Below, in pieces: positions 60,421-64,000 of a DNA stretch of 64,000 nucleotides. The notes under the pieces were generated by a model. That model did no database searches. It had not been told where the DNA came from and saw only the letters and a program-made list of their open reading frames with translations. Source of the stretch: Lytechinus pictus. Taxonomy: Eukaryota. The DNA lies in contig NC_087245.1 of NCBI RefSeq assembly GCF_037042905.1, forward strand, positions 39,186,001 to 39,250,000. The letters are read 5' to 3'. The first letter of the stretch is position 1, and each line of letters begins with the position of its first letter. Made by a program: the position numbers and the translations under genes.

Positions 60421-63359
60421 GTGAATCTATTCAATTTAGATTTTGACAAACATGAAAAGCAATCAATGGGACTGATACACACAAAACTATGCAGGTCACT
60501 CGGTTTGGGATTGAAATGTTTTAGTAATTAAAAAATATAAAGATAATCTGAATGAAAATTTCTTACCATATATGGGTGATGAATGCTTTTCTTTCACTAC
60601 AATAGTTGTAATTAGTTTCCATAAAATCCAAATTTTTAAGAAAAAACAACTTTAGTGACATTTTTTCAACTTTGTTGCAGTCATCCCTGCAGCACTAATT
60701 TACCAAAAAGGTGCTAGTCTTGGTTAAAAGAGGATTATTATTTCCAAAAAGAATTTAAACCCGGGTTTAACCCAGGTTTAGTTAAACCTGGCTATCAGAA
60801 TACCAAAATAATTAAACTACACTTAGACCAGAGGTGAGGTTTAGAGGAGGTTTAGTTAAACCAGGGTTAACTTTAGACTAGGGTTAAGTTAAACCTGCTA
60901 TCAGAATACGGGCCCATGTCATTTCCCTGCACATTCATCTCCTGAATGACACTTAAATTTCGTTATCATTCAAAATGAAGCGCATCAGGATAAGTCATAG
61001 AAATTATACATTATCCTGTTTTATATAATTTCAATAAATCACAGAAGTTTCAACTTTTTGCGCACTATTTTCCTTGTAATGAAGTTCAATCTTAGAAAAT
61101 CAAATGAATTAGAGCCGATGGGGGTATTAGAGATATCTGCATTTGACGAAATGTCCGCCCTTTGAAATTTCAGAGTTTCATTACTCTGCACGGGGAGGAA
61201 TATCTTCCTCCCAGCATATATCCTTCTTCTCCTCTGTTTTGCAAGTTAAAATATGCACTGTCGCTAAATTGTTTGTAATCAAATCTGATCTTCCCAAGGG
61301 AAGTATTTAATATAACCTAGAGAATACCCTTTTCTCGGGACCCTTTTCTTTGCAAAAAAATTGACAAAACGCTTTAGCTTCCGCGCTTCGCGCGAGGTTA
61401 ATATTATTTTATTTTCCTCCATTTTATCCCTTTTTGTGCGTTCACAGTCACTTTCGAAAACAAGGTTCAAAATCACAATATAGTCAACTGAATTGGGGCT
61501 AATATAGGTACTAGAGACAAGAGAGGCGGCTCCTTTTCATTTTAATTTATGAAACACCGAAAGCTTCGCGCGGTAGGGGGAAACTACCCCTCCCTGCACC
61601 CACCCACTAGGGAGCGCGTTTTGCGCGCTCTGTAAGTGTTGGCACGCTTTGCGTGCATTTACCGCCCCCTCCAAAATGAAATCCTGGCTACGCGGTTGGC
61701 ACAAGGTGGAAGAGAGAGAGAGAAAGAGAGGGAGAAGATGGAAGGAGAAGGGATGGAAAAATCATACTACACAACTAATTTTGAAGAAAAAAAAACTTTT
61801 CATCTGTGATCTCTTTCACTGTTATTTCTGAAGTACACGTGCATGCTGATTAAAGTTGATGGATGATATATTAAACTACATGTACCGGTAGTCTATAAAG
61901 ACAGAACGCTTGATTATTATAAATATTAGGGGCCACATCACGTCTATGTGATAGTATTGTATACTCATCTGGTATACATATGAATTGATGGGAGTTTAAT
62001 CTGTGTCCCTGTTCCAGCAGAGTCATACCAAAGACTTGTAAAAATGGAAAACTACATGTACTGGACCTTTTAGTCTGGCATTCCTGCATTAAGATTTTAG
62101 AAGGGTAGAGCATTTATATAACTGAAGTGGCAACCCTGAGTAAATTAAAAATTATTCATGTACACTAGTTAGAAGTCCTTTTCTCCTTGTAAGGCTATTA
62201 TGAATTGATTATGAAGTAATTCTGGTTTAGTTTTGGCATGCCAACGCTCATACTCATACATTTGGTACCTGACATGTATATTGTAAGATCCAGCCACATT
62301 TCTGCCTGTCGGTCAATAACTTGCAAAGTCTGCAAAGATAAGGTACATGTACAGCATTTGTATATGACGCTTTGAATGATATTAAAGTTTTTTCTTGCAA
62401 ATGCTGCTCGAGGTTGACAGTGTAATACTGTGTACCAGCATATTTTAATGATTTATGCATGAAACTTTGATATTGACATATGAATAGAATCATGCTCAAG
62501 TATGTCAATTTGATATGCTGATAGTTAAGTTGATGATCATTCAGGAGTTTATAGAACCTAGCACTATTAAACTGTGCACATTATTTATCTCACAGTGCCA
62601 GAAGATATATGAGACTAGGGACATACATATAAACCATTATACCATTAAAGTTAGTTAGCTTGGTTTTGGTTCATTAGCTATTTTTCTCATTAACCAATAT
62701 ATACTTATGATTATCATCCATTTATCTAAGTACTGTGCTAAAAGATAAAGGTTGTCAAGGCAGCATATCAGTGATGGATGTGGATGTCACCTTACAAGTC
62801 CAGGTTGGGGTGGAAATTCAGCCTGTGGGCTACAGTAATTTGATTTACTTTTTTCCTTTCCCAGGCAACCTGCACTTGTACTGTAGACATCCTTATTCCT
62901 TCCCTCTTTGTACTCATATAGAGACGGTGATTTTCCGTTTAAAAAAATGGTCTTTCCCGTTTCTGAAAATCTGTAATTCCGTTTCAACTTGATCTCAAAA
63001 TGGAAATTCTGTTTTTTTCACTGAAAATGTACACAGCAAAAACCTTTGCAAAGGTGAATTCCATGAATTTTTACATAAAAAGTATAAGACCCGAACGGAA
63101 TTTCCGTTTTATTTACCGGTAAAATGGAAAATCACTGTCCCTACTCATATATTTGCTTGTAACTTGATCTTTGTTGACATGCCGAATAAAATTATGATGA
63201 TAATGATGATAACATCAATAGGGAACTGAGCTCATATACCATTTAATTATCCCTTGGATGTTGGTAAAAAAGATGTGATGTTTTCCCATTAACCAAACTA
63301 CAAATTACGATTATCATCCATTTTCCTTCGCTTTTCTCTCTCATCTTCCCCTTTAATAG

Positions 63360-63596
63360 GCACCCAAGCTTGCAGACAAGTACTGCGTATGTCACCTGGC
63401 CACGGGTGATATGCTGAGGGCGGTCATCGCCTCGGGATCGGACCTTGGTAAGAAGTTGAAGGTGGTGTTGGACAGCGGGAAGCTCGTCAGCGATGAGCTG
63501 GTCGTGCAGATGATCGACAACAAACTGGACACTGCAGATTGCAAAAATGGCTTCCTCCTCGATGGCTTCCCAAGGACGGTCGTCCAGGCTGAGAAG
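63360..63596 (+). CDS. AK2: Adenylate kinase 2, shared internal exon (gene continues beyond the window)
   Basis: Pyrimidine tract plus aatag|[37 protein letters not shown]...LVSDELVV...[19 protein letters not shown]|gtaatc; 237 nt, phase 0-0. The CVCHL and CKNG cysteines are characteristic of AK2. Confidence 0.96.
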
Positions 63597-64000
63597 GTAA
63601 TCTTCAAAGATGCCTCTGGCGTTGTCTTCATAGATGCGATTGGCTGTCGAGATAAACAAATTAGGCTTAGTATCAGCCGTTAATTGAAGCAAAGTGACTA
63701 AAATAACACAATTAACGGCTGTTACTAAGCCTAATTTGTTTATTTCGACAGCCAATCACAGCTCGTCATTTAGCGTCCATTGTCTCTTTTAGTTCTATCA
63801 TATTTTGTCCTAGTGTTCTGTTCATTCATGCCATTTTACTCTGATGAGTGCATGTCATTTTAAGCTTCAATATGTCTGTTTTTAAGGCTATTTCACGATT
63901 TTGCGGTACTAAACATTTATTTATTGTTTCCATATTGTCTCTTATATCATAAGAATTTGGTAGCTTACTGTACAATGATTATTTCCTTCTTTCCCGTAAC

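Larger units (their letters stand above)
57499..60914. mobile_element. 3.4-kb non-autonomous PIF/Harbinger-like element
   Basis: 18-bp perfect TIR ggcccgtattctgatagc extending imperfectly; 3-bp TSD cat; subterminal ggtttaa/ttaaacc repeats. Confidence 0.85.
56858..61698. mobile_element. Non-autonomous hAT-like element enlarged by a nested insertion
   Basis: TIRs caggcgcgtagccagg / cctggctacgcggttg; perfect 8-bp TSD gcacaagg (56850-56857, 61699-61706). The empty site is visible in duplication copy 1 at ~49398. Confidence 0.9.

Noticed and set aside
63243..63755. 170-aa minus-strand ORF
   Set aside because: Antisense shadow of the GC-rich AK2 exon.

Overview
AT-rich, repeat-dense eukaryotic (animal) genomic DNA, most likely from a sea urchin, inferred from the echinoid-type profilin and the repeat families. 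Three host genes are visible: (1) a two-exon P-loop sulfotransferase-like gene on the minus strand (11650-15330); (2) an intronless profilin on the minus strand (22638-23060); (3) the 5' part of adenylate kinase 2 (AK2) on the plus strand. AK2 has TWO candidate first coding exons (31068-31166 and 46958-47074), each encoding its own P-loop (GPPGAGKGTQ vs GPPGAGKGVQ) and each able to splice in phase 0 to a shared exon at 63360-63596. The AK2 intron holds an intact 6.5-kb RNase H-bearing I-group LINE inside a Kolobok-type MITE. That MITE is flanked by a ~345-bp TTAA-to-TTAA duplication whose second copy is split by a hAT-like element, which carries a Harbinger-like element containing an array of RFX X-box palindromes. 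The rest is a mosaic of non-autonomous DNA transposons (Kolobok-, Academ-, hAT-, Harbinger-, Merlin-, Sola-, Tc1-like, Helitron), a Deu-domain SINE and a 50-bp minisatellite. Superfamily labels for non-coding elements rest only on termini and target-site duplications (TSDs) read by eye.
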